Positions 7,889 to 17,523 of a stretch of DNA of 64,000 bases are shown one piece after another. The position numbers and the translations under genes were made by a program. Below the pieces are notes generated by a model. That model searched no databases. It worked only from the letters and a program-made list of their open reading frames with translations, and was not told where the DNA came from. The DNA lies in NCBI GenBank assembly GCA_964353135.1, contig CAYGTV010000001.1, positions 151,138 to 215,137 of the forward strand, given 5' to 3'. How positions within the stretch are numbered: the stretch's first letter is position 1; every line of letters begins with the position of its first letter. This DNA comes from an uncultured Candidatus Saccharibacteria bacterium (GTDB taxonomy: Bacteria > Patescibacteriota > Minisyncoccia > Phycocordibacterales > UBA918).

Positions 7889-10636
7889 ATGGAAGGTGGA
7901 CCTAAACAATTTTCTAGTCCGGCCGAAGAGGTGGCGTACCTGCGCGAGCAGCTGGCTCATAAAGAGCGAGAGGTACTTAGTCGCGTGACAGAACTGGACT
8001 CAGTTGAGCGTGAGTCGATCGGTAAGCAGGAGTTGAACAAGTATCATCAGTTCACACCTAAAATGGTCCTGGACCCCAGTTACGAACTATCTGGTCAAGA
8101 TATGGCCGAGGCCGTTGCCACCATTGAGCTGTCGATTAATCCAGTCGAGGATATTTTGCAGATTGCCAAGGAGAAAGGAATTAAAAACGCCTTGTCGGTA
8201 CTTGAGAGTACCAATGATGTGTACACAATTGATGAGGTTCATCGTCGCCTGATTGAAATGATCAACGGCGGATCGTCGATTGCTGGTCTGAAGGAAGGAG
8301 TGCCACCTTGGCACGTGTTACACATGACGCTCTACGAGGTAACCCTGCCAGCTCAAAAAGCAGACGCCCCGCCAGCACCACTTACCGACCTGGTTGGAAC
8401 AATGGAGCAGCTACTGGCTGGACTAAGAACCATTGGCTCAAAAAAATCTGGCAATCATTTTATATTTGAAATTGCGGTATCAAATAATAGTGAAGATATT
8501 GTATTTTACGTTGCCGTACCAAACGAATTCACCTCACTATTTGAAAAGCAGACACTGTCACTATTTCCTCACGCCGAGCTAGCAGTTCAACCGCATGACT
8601 ACAACGTGTACATGGAAGGTGGTGTGACTGAGGTAGCCGAACTCTCGCTCAAAAAACATCCGCTGTATCCAATTAAAACCGCTGCCGAATTTACCACGGA
8701 CCCACTCGAGGTGATACTCAACGCATTTTCTAAAATTACCCGTTCTGAGGGGGCAGCAGCCCAGTTTGCTATCCGTCATCCACAGGGCAAGTATCACGAC
8801 AAGTACCTGTCGATTATTAAAAAAATCTCCAATGGAATGAAACCAGAGGAGGCCATCTCACGCAGTACAGCTGGTGGTGCGTTTGTGGCAGAAATAGGTG
8901 GATTGTTTACCGGTAACAAAAAACCTGAAACAGAATTTGAAAAACCACTCGAAGTTGATACCGATGTGGTTGACTTATTTCGTTCAAAAGTCGCCAAAGA
9001 CATCGCTGAGGTTGTGGTCCGAGTGGTAGTGTCTGCGGCTGATAAGGGGCGTGTGCAGCAGATTATGACTGAAATTGAATCAGCCTGGAACCAGTTTGAT
9101 ACGGTTAATGCTAACCAGCTGGTGTTTACCAGACTTAAAGGGAAACAGTCTCGCTTGGCAGCCAAAGCATTTTCATTTCGACAGTTTGACCAAAGGAAAA
9201 TAATGCCGCTAGCACTCGACGAGCTAGCAACGTTGGCCCATTTCCCGGGGTCTGGAGTACAGTCTGCTCACCAGTTCAAACAATCAAACGTACAAACAGC
9301 ACCGGCGCCATCAAATATGCCAGATAGCGGCACGTTGCTGGGGATTAATCGCCATCGCAACGTAGAAAAGGAAATCTATATTAGCGACGAAGATCGTTTG
9401 CGTCATTTCTACATCATTGGTCAGACTGGTACTGGTAAAACCACGCTGATGAAAAATATGATCGTGCAGGACATTCTGCGTGGGGATGGTGTGTGTATGA
9501 TCGATCCGCACGGTACTGACATCGAAGATGTGCTTGGAGCAGTGCCGCCCGAGCGAGCAGACGATGTGATCTACTTTGACCCGTCAAACCTCGACAATGT
9601 GGTGGGTCTCAACATGCTCGAGTACGACTACAGCAAACCAGAGCAAAAGACGTTTGTCGTCAATGAACTATTTTCCATCTTTCAAAAACTATACGGAGCC
9701 AACCCAGAATCAATGGGGCCGATGTTTGAACAGTATTTCAGAAATGCCACTATGTTGGTGATGGAAGATCCTGAAAGTGGCAACACCTTGATGGACATCG
9801 GTCGGGTGCTATCTGATGCATCATACCGTCGGCAAAAACTGGCCAAGGCAACCAACCCGGTGGTGATCCAGTTCTGGAAAGAAATTGCCGGCAAAGCGGG
9901 TGGGGAAGCGTCACTCGAGAACATAGTGCCGTACATTGTATCTAAATTCGACGTCTTTACCGCCAACGACTACATGCGACCGATCATCGGACAGCAAAAG
10001 AGTGCCTTTGATTTCCGTGAAGTGATGGATAATAAAAAGATTCTCTTGGTAAACCTCTCAAAGGGACGGTTGGGTGAAATTAATGCTAACTTGATCGGGA
10101 TGATTTTTGTCGGGAAGATCCTCATGGCAGCTCTGTCTCGGGTAGATGATCCGACTCGTGGATTCCCACCGTTTTACCTACACATGGATGAGTTCCAAAA
10201 CGTTTCAACCAACTCGATTTCGGCGATCCTGTCTGAGGCTCGTAAATATAAACTTGGCCTCACCATCGCTCACCAGTATATTGCTCAACTAGACCCAGAC
10301 ATCAAAGATGCAGTATTTGGAAACGTCGGTTCAATGGCAGCCTTTCGGGTTGGTCCCGATGATGCTCAGTTCCTAGAGCAACAATACGCTCCCACATTCA
10401 CGGCAAACGACCTAATGAACGTGCCAAACCGCAATGCCTTTATGCGAGTACTGGCAGACGGTACACCAACATTGCCGTTTAGTCTGGGTACTATGGCTCC
10501 AGCAGAACCTGATCTAGGTCGGGTGCAAGAAATGATCGCCATGAGCGCCGCTAAACACGGCCGTCCAAGAGCGCAGATTGAGGCCGATATTGCCGCTCGT
10601 TATCATAAGCCGCAACGTCCAACTATTACACTGTAG
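7889..10636 (+). CDS. type IV coupling-protein-like ATPase (TraG/TraD/VirD4 family P-loop NTPase) with a soluble N-terminal domain of about 460 aa
   Basis: Walker A GQTGTGKTT is followed by MIDPHG (the T4CP DPKG-like motif). Walker B is FYLHMDEFQNV. The C-terminus ARKYKLGLTIAHQYIAQLD resembles the TrwB/TraD C-region. No N-terminal TM helices are present. Confidence 0.65.
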   Translation: MEGGPKQFSSPAEEVAYLREQLAHKEREVLSRVTELDSVERESIGKQELNKYHQFTPKMVLDPSYELSGQDMAEAVATIELSINPVEDILQIAKEKGIKNALSVLESTNDVYTIDEVHRRLIEMINGGSSIAGLKEGVPPWHVLHMTLYEVTLPAQKADAPPAPLTDLVGTMEQLLAGLRTIGSKKSGNHFIFEIAVSNNSEDIVFYVAVPNEFTSLFEKQTLSLFPHAELAVQPHDYNVYMEGGVTEVAELSLKKHPLYPIKTAAEFTTDPLEVILNAFSKITRSEGAAAQFAIRHPQGKYHDKYLSIIKKISNGMKPEEAISRSTAGGAFVAEIGGLFTGNKKPETEFEKPLEVDTDVVDLFRSKVAKDIAEVVVRVVVSAADKGRVQQIMTEIESAWNQFDTVNANQLVFTRLKGKQSRLAAKAFSFRQFDQRKIMPLALDELATLAHFPGSGVQSAHQFKQSNVQTAPAPSNMPDSGTLLGINRHRNVEKEIYISDEDRLRHFYIIGQTGTGKTTLMKNMIVQDILRGDGVCMIDPHGTDIEDVLGAVPPERADDVIYFDPSNLDNVVGLNMLEYDYSKPEQKTFVVNELFSIFQKLYGANPESMGPMFEQYFRNATMLVMEDPESGNTLMDIGRVLSDASYRRQKLAKATNPVVIQFWKEIAGKAGGEASLENIVPYIVSKFDVFTANDYMRPIIGQQKSAFDFREVMDNKKILLVNLSKGRLGEINANLIGMIFVGKILMAALSRVDDPTRGFPPFYLHMDEFQNVSTNSISAILSEARKYKLGLTIAHQYIAQLDPDIKDAVFGNVGSMAAFRVGPDDAQFLEQQYAPTFTANDLMNVPNRNAFMRVLADGTPTLPFSLGTMAPAEPDLGRVQEMIAMSAAKHGRPRAQIEADIAARYHKPQRPTITL

Positions 10637-10654
10637 TGGTATACTTTTTGCAAT

Positions 10655-12154
10655 ATGGCATTTGATGTAGCTCCAGAGAATAAATATAATAGTGCCCGGA
10701 GAAACGCCGATGCTTTTGGTCCTGTGTATGCCAAAATCACCCAGCCCGAGAAGTTTGAAAACACTGAAGATACCGAGGAAGTTGAAGAATCACTAGATTC
10801 TGAAACAGGTATCGATAACATCATGATAGCAGCCGAAAATTTGGTATTAGATCGGTTGGTTTCTTCATCAGAAGAAGCAGCTGAGTTTGGGTACACTGAT
10901 GCTTTTGATAAATTGAACGACCTAGAGGATAAGCTAAGTTCTATTAGAGCAAAACTAGAGGCTGGTGAAGAGATCACCAATGAAGATGGGGAAGCGGTTC
11001 AAGCTGCATATAATGCTGTAGAAACATCTATTCAAGCTGAAACTGAGTACGATTCAGAAGTAGAGCAACAGTTTGATCCAGGAACGTATGCACAAGAGCA
11101 ATTTGATGAACACGGCTTTATAACAGCAACTAACCGTTCACGAGTGTATTCGTTAGTTCGTGAGTATCAGAGGGCTCTAAAAGAAACTGATGAAGGAAAG
11201 GATGTTGCTGCAGTAGCGCATGTAGAACAGATTGCTCAAGAAATAAAAAGTGTGGTAGATGAACTGGTTGGTAACGATGTGCTTCCGCAAGAGGGAGTCG
11301 GATATGACCTAAGCCCGTCTTCTAAAAAAGAAACTGGCCTCAGGATTAAAAACCTTGATCTGGATGAAGGTGAATCTATTTCTATCGGCCTAGAACCAGT
11401 GGTTCTTAAAGAGCCTGAGACTATCATTGAAAAGCTACAATCAACCGCAACACCGGGAATTGATTTTAGTGTCAGTAGTCGCTATAGCGAAGAAATTGCC
11501 AAAGACATACAAGAGACCCAGCAAGATACCGAAAACCTGAGAGTAATTGCTCAAGAACAAGAACAGGAGGACATGGATGATGAACCCGACGTTGCATCGG
11601 TTTCTGAGAACGTTTATTCTCCGGAGCAAAAAGAGTCTGACGATAACACTTATGGTGAACCAATTGATATGGAAGCCTTTGCCGGGTCTGATGCTCGTGA
11701 CGAGTTGTTTGAAGATGAGGATGATTATGAGGAAGAATTGGTAGTACCAGATGCAGTTCCGACAACAACTTCATTTACTCCAGAATCTGTAGCTGCAAAA
11801 GCTACTGAAATACAGTCACAGCCCAAAGAAGCGTCAGAAAAAATAAATCAGGAGGCTGTTATTCAAGCAGGAGTCAAAAAGATTGAAAATACAAAAAGCT
11901 GGTGGGACAGCATAATTAGCAATGATGTCAGTCCCTATGAAGTATTTCAAGATTTGTCGTTCAAAGAAGTTATGGATTGGCAGGATAGTCCACAGCAACT
12001 GGAGTGGAAACTGATGTCATATAGAATTGATCGTGATGACTATAATAAATGGGCTGCATTAGAAGAGGACATCATGACTACTGTCGAGGTTGATCCCAAA
12101 CAAACATTCAAAGAAGTTGTCGATCAGTACATTATTACTACTTATACTAAGTAG
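10655..12154 (+). CDS. highly acidic hypothetical protein (499 aa)
   Basis: Long ORF rich in E and D, only 18 nt after the ATPase stop, so likely co-transcribed. Confidence 0.5.
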   Translation: MAFDVAPENKYNSARRNADAFGPVYAKITQPEKFENTEDTEEVEESLDSETGIDNIMIAAENLVLDRLVSSSEEAAEFGYTDAFDKLNDLEDKLSSIRAKLEAGEEITNEDGEAVQAAYNAVETSIQAETEYDSEVEQQFDPGTYAQEQFDEHGFITATNRSRVYSLVREYQRALKETDEGKDVAAVAHVEQIAQEIKSVVDELVGNDVLPQEGVGYDLSPSSKKETGLRIKNLDLDEGESISIGLEPVVLKEPETIIEKLQSTATPGIDFSVSSRYSEEIAKDIQETQQDTENLRVIAQEQEQEDMDDEPDVASVSENVYSPEQKESDDNTYGEPIDMEAFAGSDARDELFEDEDDYEEELVVPDAVPTTTSFTPESVAAKATEIQSQPKEASEKINQEAVIQAGVKKIENTKSWWDSIISNDVSPYEVFQDLSFKEVMDWQDSPQQLEWKLMSYRIDRDDYNKWAALEEDIMTTVEVDPKQTFKEVVDQYIITTYTK

Positions 12155-12209
12155 TAATACACAGTTGATTACAACTGGCTATCTAAGTTAAATGGTACTA
12201 TAGTCGTAT

Positions 12210-13646
12210 ATGTCTAGTTCTGGTTCTTCTCTGGGAGCGTTTTCTTTTGATACTCCGCAAGCAGTGATGCATGTTTTGGCGTCTGTTCGAAAAAGCGACA
12301 TTTCACCGGCTGATAAAAACAGCCTGCGCGACTTGGTTTTGTCGTATACCAATGGTGGAAAAGACCCGTCACTTAAAATTCAGATTGAACAAAAGCTGGC
12401 TAGTTTAGCAGTGCAGCCTTTACCCCAAGCGGCCGCGCCTAGTTCAGCTCCAACACCTGAATTTGGGTCTTCTCGAAATGTACCAGTGATGTTCACTGCC
12501 TCGGTGCCAGTAGTGGAGACAGCTGCAGTACCGGTTGCACCTGCTCCTCAACCTGTCCCTGTCGTGCCCCCAGTGCCACCAATAGTTCAATCAGCTCCAG
12601 CTGAAGTACCCCCAGTACAGGCAGCACGGCCACTTGCTCCTGTTGTACCTCAACCAGCCCCACAGCCTGCTCCTGCAGCCCCTGCGCCAGCCCCAAGTGC
12701 AGACAATTCTGCTGCACTCGCACGGGTCCGGGAAATCAAATCTATAGTGAATGAAAAGATTGGTAACCCAGTCAATTTGGTAGATATCGACAATGCAGTT
12801 GGGCGTGAGTACATGTCAGCTTTGTTGGATGCAATGAAGAAACTAAGCTCCGGAGTAAACAGTGTCAGCACGATGGAGCGATTAGAAGCAGCTTTTGTTG
12901 AGGTTGAACGAGTGCTTGAGCAGCCGCGCCCGATTGAAACTCCTGAACCTGAGCCTACTCCAGTCCCTATAGCTCCAGCACCACCAGTGCCAACTCCTGA
13001 ACCGGTAGCGCTCCAACTAGCTCCTGAGCCGGTGCTACCTCCAGAGCCAGAACCTGCCCTAGTTTCACCTATGGTAGAGCCTCCTCGTGTTGAACCACAA
13101 CCAGTTGTGCAACAAGAAGAAGTGAAACCAAAACCAACCCCAAAACCAGAAATCCCGCCTGCTCCGCAGCCGCCAAAAGAGCCAGTCTCAACCCCGATAG
13201 AAGATAGCCGTTGGCACGCAGCAGCAGCAGCGATCAAGCCAGCGCCAGTTAAATCTCTTTCGGAATCTGCTGAGCCGCTCAAATCAGTCGCTGATGTCCC
13301 AACGCAAGATTCAATTTCAAACAGAGCAGAGGATCCTCTACGATCTCAGGAGGTGAACGAAGGGTTAAACCAACTCCTGTCTGACTGGATGTTGTTCAAG
13401 AAAAGTGGCCTGTTTGGTACAGGTCCAAACGGAGTAGAGCACCCGCTATATCAAAAAATCAAAGACCTACAAATCCCACTTCTTTTGGCTGGTCGATTTG
13501 AGGGCGCAACCCAAGAGATCAAGCAAAGTATTACTGACTACATGAATGGTTGGCGATACGAACAAGGGATCATCTATGAACAAGGTGAGACATTTGATCA
13601 CTACCTACGTCGCGTGATTCGTCATATTCTCGATTTGCAAAAATAA
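12210..13646 (+). CDS. proline-rich hypothetical protein (478 aa) with three globular segments separated by PxP linkers
   Basis: Long ORF with low-complexity P/A/V-rich linkers and a conserved-looking C-terminal domain. The mirror ORF on the minus strand is an artefact. Confidence 0.5.
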   Translation: MSSSGSSLGAFSFDTPQAVMHVLASVRKSDISPADKNSLRDLVLSYTNGGKDPSLKIQIEQKLASLAVQPLPQAAAPSSAPTPEFGSSRNVPVMFTASVPVVETAAVPVAPAPQPVPVVPPVPPIVQSAPAEVPPVQAARPLAPVVPQPAPQPAPAAPAPAPSADNSAALARVREIKSIVNEKIGNPVNLVDIDNAVGREYMSALLDAMKKLSSGVNSVSTMERLEAAFVEVERVLEQPRPIETPEPEPTPVPIAPAPPVPTPEPVALQLAPEPVLPPEPEPALVSPMVEPPRVEPQPVVQQEEVKPKPTPKPEIPPAPQPPKEPVSTPIEDSRWHAAAAAIKPAPVKSLSESAEPLKSVADVPTQDSISNRAEDPLRSQEVNEGLNQLLSDWMLFKKSGLFGTGPNGVEHPLYQKIKDLQIPLLLAGRFEGATQEIKQSITDYMNGWRYEQGIIYEQGETFDHYLRRVIRHILDLQK

Positions 13647-13669
13647 CCAGCTGGCTTCACAATGCATCT

Positions 13670-14260
13670 ATGCAACATCCAATTACGCTCATTCGTAGTG
13701 CGCAGCCTCTGTCTTACATTCCTGACACTACGCAGCCAATAACCACTTTTGTGCATGAAAAAGTCGGGGTTGATGAGGTGAAAGCTATAACCAAGCAAGC
13801 CCACCTCCGCCCATCAACCGGAAATGACTATGTATTTGTGATTGGCACCTTGTTTGTGACACACGAAGCCCAGAACGCTTTGCTGAAGTTGTTTGAAGAG
13901 CCACCGCAAGGATTATCATTTCAACTGGTGTTACCAGAATCAGTCGGATTACTACCGACGCTTATGTCTCGGGTTGGCAGTGTGGTTCACCACGCTACTC
14001 ATAATGACGATACGGCCTGGAATGTTTTTCTCGCGGCTACACCAACTGAGCGTCTCCAGCAAATTGATACCTGGCAGAAAACCAAAGATCCACAATGGTT
14101 GCAAACCATCCTTAGGGGTGTACACAACTACAAAAGTACTGATCTTCCGCCTACTGCACTACCAGCCGTGCGTCTGGCTGGGGAAAAGCTAGCCACTCGG
14201 GGCGCTGGTAATAAAATGCTGCTGGAACATATAGCATTGGCAATTCCACTACGAAAGTAA
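13670..14260 (+). CDS. holB: DNA polymerase III delta-prime-like subunit (short, no Walker A)
   Basis: Clamp-loader lid motif QNALLKLFEEPPQG. Confidence 0.5.
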   Translation: MQHPITLIRSAQPLSYIPDTTQPITTFVHEKVGVDEVKAITKQAHLRPSTGNDYVFVIGTLFVTHEAQNALLKLFEEPPQGLSFQLVLPESVGLLPTLMSRVGSVVHHATHNDDTAWNVFLAATPTERLQQIDTWQKTKDPQWLQTILRGVHNYKSTDLPPTALPAVRLAGEKLATRGAGNKMLLEHIALAIPLRK

Positions 14261-14288
14261 CGAGCAAAATGATACACTAACAAGCACT

Positions 14289-14834
14289 ATGGATATACAA
14301 GCAATCAAAACTAAGTTAGCGGAGTCAGTAGACTGGCTAAAAAAAGAATTCTCAGCTATCAGAAGCGGACAAGCAAGTCCAGCCCTGCTTGATGGCGTAA
14401 CAGTTGAAAGTTATGGGATGTATATGCCGATGAATCAGGTTTCTACTGTAGGAGTAGAAGACGCTCGTACGCTTCGTATTTCACCGTTTGATTCGTCACA
14501 AATTTCTGCTATTGAACAAGCTATCCAGGAGGCAAACCTAGGTGTGTCACTAGCTACTGATTCTTCCGGTGTACGGGTTATCTTTCCAGAACTGACGGCA
14601 GACCGCCGAGTGCAATTGCAAAAGTTAGCAAAAGCCAAGCTAGAGGATTCTAGAATTGCGGTTCGAGCAATTCGAGATGATGCTATGAAGCTGATCGAGA
14701 AAAACGAAAAAGCTGGTGATATCAGCGAGGATGAAAAGTATAATCAGAAAGAACAAGTTCAAAAAGCAGTCGAAGAGACCAATGCAACTCTCGAGGGACT
14801 TTATACAACAAAGGAAGTAGAATTAGCATCGTAA
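14289..14834 (+). CDS. frr: ribosome recycling factor
   Basis: 181 aa, typical RRF sequence along its whole length. Confidence 0.9.
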   Translation: MDIQAIKTKLAESVDWLKKEFSAIRSGQASPALLDGVTVESYGMYMPMNQVSTVGVEDARTLRISPFDSSQISAIEQAIQEANLGVSLATDSSGVRVIFPELTADRRVQLQKLAKAKLEDSRIAVRAIRDDAMKLIEKNEKAGDISEDEKYNQKEQVQKAVEETNATLEGLYTTKEVELAS

Positions 14835-14838
14835 TAGT

Positions 14839-16038
14839 ATGTCGGTATTTCTCTTTCTCGTTGTTCTGTTTGTATTAATCCTTGTCCACGAATGGGGACA
14901 CTTTATTGTGGCCAAAAAAACCGGGATGCGGGTTGATGAGTTTGGGATTGGATTCCCACCAAAATTATTTGGAATCAAGAAAGGGGAGACTGAGTACACA
15001 TTTAATGCGCTTCCGATCGGTGGTTTTGTAAAAATATTTGGAGAAAACGGCGAGGAGCCGTTTTCTCCGGTCGAGAGCGGAGCGAACGATCGCCGATCTG
15101 AAGCGAATGCTGAAGCAGGCGAAGGTGGGACGAAAGCTGTTTTGAAAAGCACGAGCAACTCAAGGTCAGCTGATTCACGGAACAACCCTGACTCACGATC
15201 GTTCTCCTCTCGTCCTAAATGGGCTCAGGCACTGGTGTTGATTGCAGGGGTAGTGATGAACATCCTTTTCGCGTGGGTGCTGTTCTCAGTGACCTACATG
15301 GTCGGTGTCCCAACTGCAGTAGAGGAAGCCTCAGCTGGTCCCGAGGCACAACTTCTGATTGCTGGAACACTACCTGACAGTCCTGCTGCAGTTATTCCAG
15401 CGGGATCGCAAATTATCATGGTAACAACCGGCGACCAAGCGCTTGAAATGCCTACTCCATCAACGTTCTCTGACTTTGTTTCTGACAACGCACCAGCTGA
15501 TCTAGAGGTGTCATATCAGCTAGGTGGCGAAGTCAGTACTGTGACAGTGAGCCCAGTTCAAGGCATTATTGCCGATGAGCCAGAACGCTATGCTGTTGGT
15601 GCTTCTTTAGCGCTGATTGAAATCCAAAAACAGCCATTTTTTATAGCTATTGCCAATGGATTTACCGCCACCATAAATGGATTGCAGGCAATCACAGTGG
15701 GCTTGTTTACACTTATTTCACAGTCATTTGCAGGTACTGCTGATTTCACTCAAGTGGCTGGCCCAGTTGGGATTGTGGGGATGGTGGGTGATGCCGCCGC
15801 CTTTGGTTTAACTGCGCTACTGACGTTCACAGCAGTCATCTCACTCAATCTAGCGGTAATCAACCTGCTACCATTTCCAGCCCTTGATGGTGGACGTCTG
15901 GTATTTGTCGCGATCGAAGCTGTCACTGGGAAGGACATTCCTCCCCAGTGGGCGGGCCGAATGAACCTGGTTGGGTTTGCGTTGCTGATGATACTCATGG
16001 TTGCTGTCACCTACAACGACATTTTGAACCTTTTATAG
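14839..16038 (+). CDS. rseP: site-2 protease RseP (M50 zinc metalloprotease)
   Basis: HEWGHF HExxH motif within TM1, a PDZ-like middle region, and a C-terminal LDGG region. Confidence 0.8.
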   Translation: MSVFLFLVVLFVLILVHEWGHFIVAKKTGMRVDEFGIGFPPKLFGIKKGETEYTFNALPIGGFVKIFGENGEEPFSPVESGANDRRSEANAEAGEGGTKAVLKSTSNSRSADSRNNPDSRSFSSRPKWAQALVLIAGVVMNILFAWVLFSVTYMVGVPTAVEEASAGPEAQLLIAGTLPDSPAAVIPAGSQIIMVTTGDQALEMPTPSTFSDFVSDNAPADLEVSYQLGGEVSTVTVSPVQGIIADEPERYAVGASLALIEIQKQPFFIAIANGFTATINGLQAITVGLFTLISQSFAGTADFTQVAGPVGIVGMVGDAAAFGLTALLTFTAVISLNLAVINLLPFPALDGGRLVFVAIEAVTGKDIPPQWAGRMNLVGFALLMILMVAVTYNDILNLL

Positions 16039-16043
16039 ATGCG

Positions 16044-16123
16044 TCTACTTTGTTGCGCTACATAAAAAGCCGCTCGCTGGGCACTTGCCCCACTTGCGGC
16101 TTTTTGCTTGCTCGCCTCGTATC
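16044..16123. repeat. intergenic repeat, copy A. It contains a bidirectional terminator hairpin AAAAAGCCGC...GCGGCTTTTT with conserved flanks.
   Basis: About 85% identical to 22021..22100. The T/C differences fall in the loop and internal bulges. Confidence 0.7.
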
Positions 16124-16190
16124 CGCAATCTCTAAAACGTTCAAACAAGTAATTGCTCCTTGTTGATCTAGCTGCTATTCTATTGCTTAT

Positions 16191-17447
16191 ATGCGACAAA
16201 CACAATTGTTTACCAAAACCCAAAAAGAAGCCCCAGCTGATGAGCAGGCAAAGAATGCTCAATTACTGATTCGAGCTGGTTATATTCATAAAGAAATGGC
16301 AGGAGTCTATCAGTTGTTGCCGCTGGGTCTGATGGTTGTGCAAAAGATTAAACAAATTGTTCGGGAGGAAATGTCAGCAATTGGAACCAACGAAATGATT
16401 GCAACCAACCTACAGCCAAAAGATGTGTGGGAAAAAACTGGTCGCTGGGACGACGAGGTGGTTGATTGTTGGTTTAAAACTGAACTCAAGGCCGGTGGCG
16501 AAGTGGGATTGGCTTGGAGTCACGAAGAACCATTGGCGAACATGATGAAAAATCATGTTTCTAGTTACAAAGATCTTCCGTTGACGATCTACCAATTCCA
16601 AAACAAGCTACGCAATGAAGTGCGAGCCAAAAGCGGCATGATGCGTGGTCGTGAATTTATCATGAAGGATGCCTACAGTTTCGCAGCCACTGAAGAGCAA
16701 CACGAAGCATTCTACGAGGCGTCCAAAGTTGCCTACACTAAATGTTTTGAACGAATGGGTGTAGGGGACGATACATTTATCACGTTTGCCGCCGGTGGAG
16801 CATTTACTGAGTTCAGTCACGAATTCCAAACCATTTGTGAGGCAGGGGAAGACATCACCTACATTAATAAAGAAAAGGGGATCGCTATTAACGAAGAGGT
16901 GTTAGAAAAAGCTAATCTAGAAGAGCTAGGTGTTACTCGAGAAGAGCTGGTAGCGACTAAAACTGCTGAAGTTGGAAACATTTTTAACTTTGGTCGTCAA
17001 AAAGGTGAAGAAGTCGGACTATTCTTCAAAGATGAAACTGGAGAGCGAATCCCAGTGTGGATGGGTTCATACGGAATTGGGATCACGCGTATGATGGGTG
17101 TATTGGTGGAAAAATTTGCTGACGACAAAGGTATCGTCTGGCCAGCTAGCGTAGCGCCATATCAGGTGCATTTGGTTGGTTTAAATACAGACGACAAAGA
17201 AATTACCGACTGGGCTGATGGTATCTACACTACACTCAAAGCAAACGGGGTGTCAGTGCTGTATGACGACCGAGACGCTCGCCCGGGCGAAAAATTCGCT
17301 GATAGTGACTTGCTCGGGATGCCATACCGAGTAGTTGTCAGTAAGAAAGGAAAAGAGTCAGGCTTGTTTGAAGTTGTGACCCGTGCAACTGGGGAAGTAC
17401 GAAACCTAACTGAAGAAGAGCTATTTGCAGACTTTACTGCAAACTAA
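16191..17447 (+). CDS. proS: prolyl-tRNA synthetase, short form lacking the INS editing domain
   Basis: The N-terminus resembles bacterial ProRS (TQKEAPADEQAKNAQLLIRAGYI). At 418 aa it is about 150 aa shorter than E. coli ProRS. Confidence 0.85.
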   Translation: MRQTQLFTKTQKEAPADEQAKNAQLLIRAGYIHKEMAGVYQLLPLGLMVVQKIKQIVREEMSAIGTNEMIATNLQPKDVWEKTGRWDDEVVDCWFKTELKAGGEVGLAWSHEEPLANMMKNHVSSYKDLPLTIYQFQNKLRNEVRAKSGMMRGREFIMKDAYSFAATEEQHEAFYEASKVAYTKCFERMGVGDDTFITFAAGGAFTEFSHEFQTICEAGEDITYINKEKGIAINEEVLEKANLEELGVTREELVATKTAEVGNIFNFGRQKGEEVGLFFKDETGERIPVWMGSYGIGITRMMGVLVEKFADDKGIVWPASVAPYQVHLVGLNTDDKEITDWADGIYTTLKANGVSVLYDDRDARPGEKFADSDLLGMPYRVVVSKKGKESGLFEVVTRATGEVRNLTEEELFADFTAN

Positions 17448-17454
17448 CAGAACA

Positions 17455-17490
17455 AGCAGCTTAATTCTGAGAGATGAGCTGCTTTTTTGT
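17455..17490 (+). terminator. intrinsic terminator AAGCAGCT-N15-AGCTGCTT followed by T6
   Basis: Perfect 8-bp stem plus T-run after the proS stop. Confidence 0.6.
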
Positions 17491-17523
17491 TCCAAAAACC
17501 AATCCGTAGTACAATGAGCACCT

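Noticed and set aside
12650-13282. 210-aa minus-strand ORF rich in G, S and A
   Set aside because: It is the antisense mirror of the proline-rich gene. CCN codons read as NGG on the other strand.
16039-16190. Possible T-box leaders upstream of proS and lysK (both preceded by the same conserved hairpin)
   Set aside because: The spacers are only 150-175 nt. There is no AGGGTGGNACCGCG T-box motif or specifier-loop architecture. The hairpin is followed by a T-run and flanked by an A-run, so it looks like a shared terminator repeat instead.
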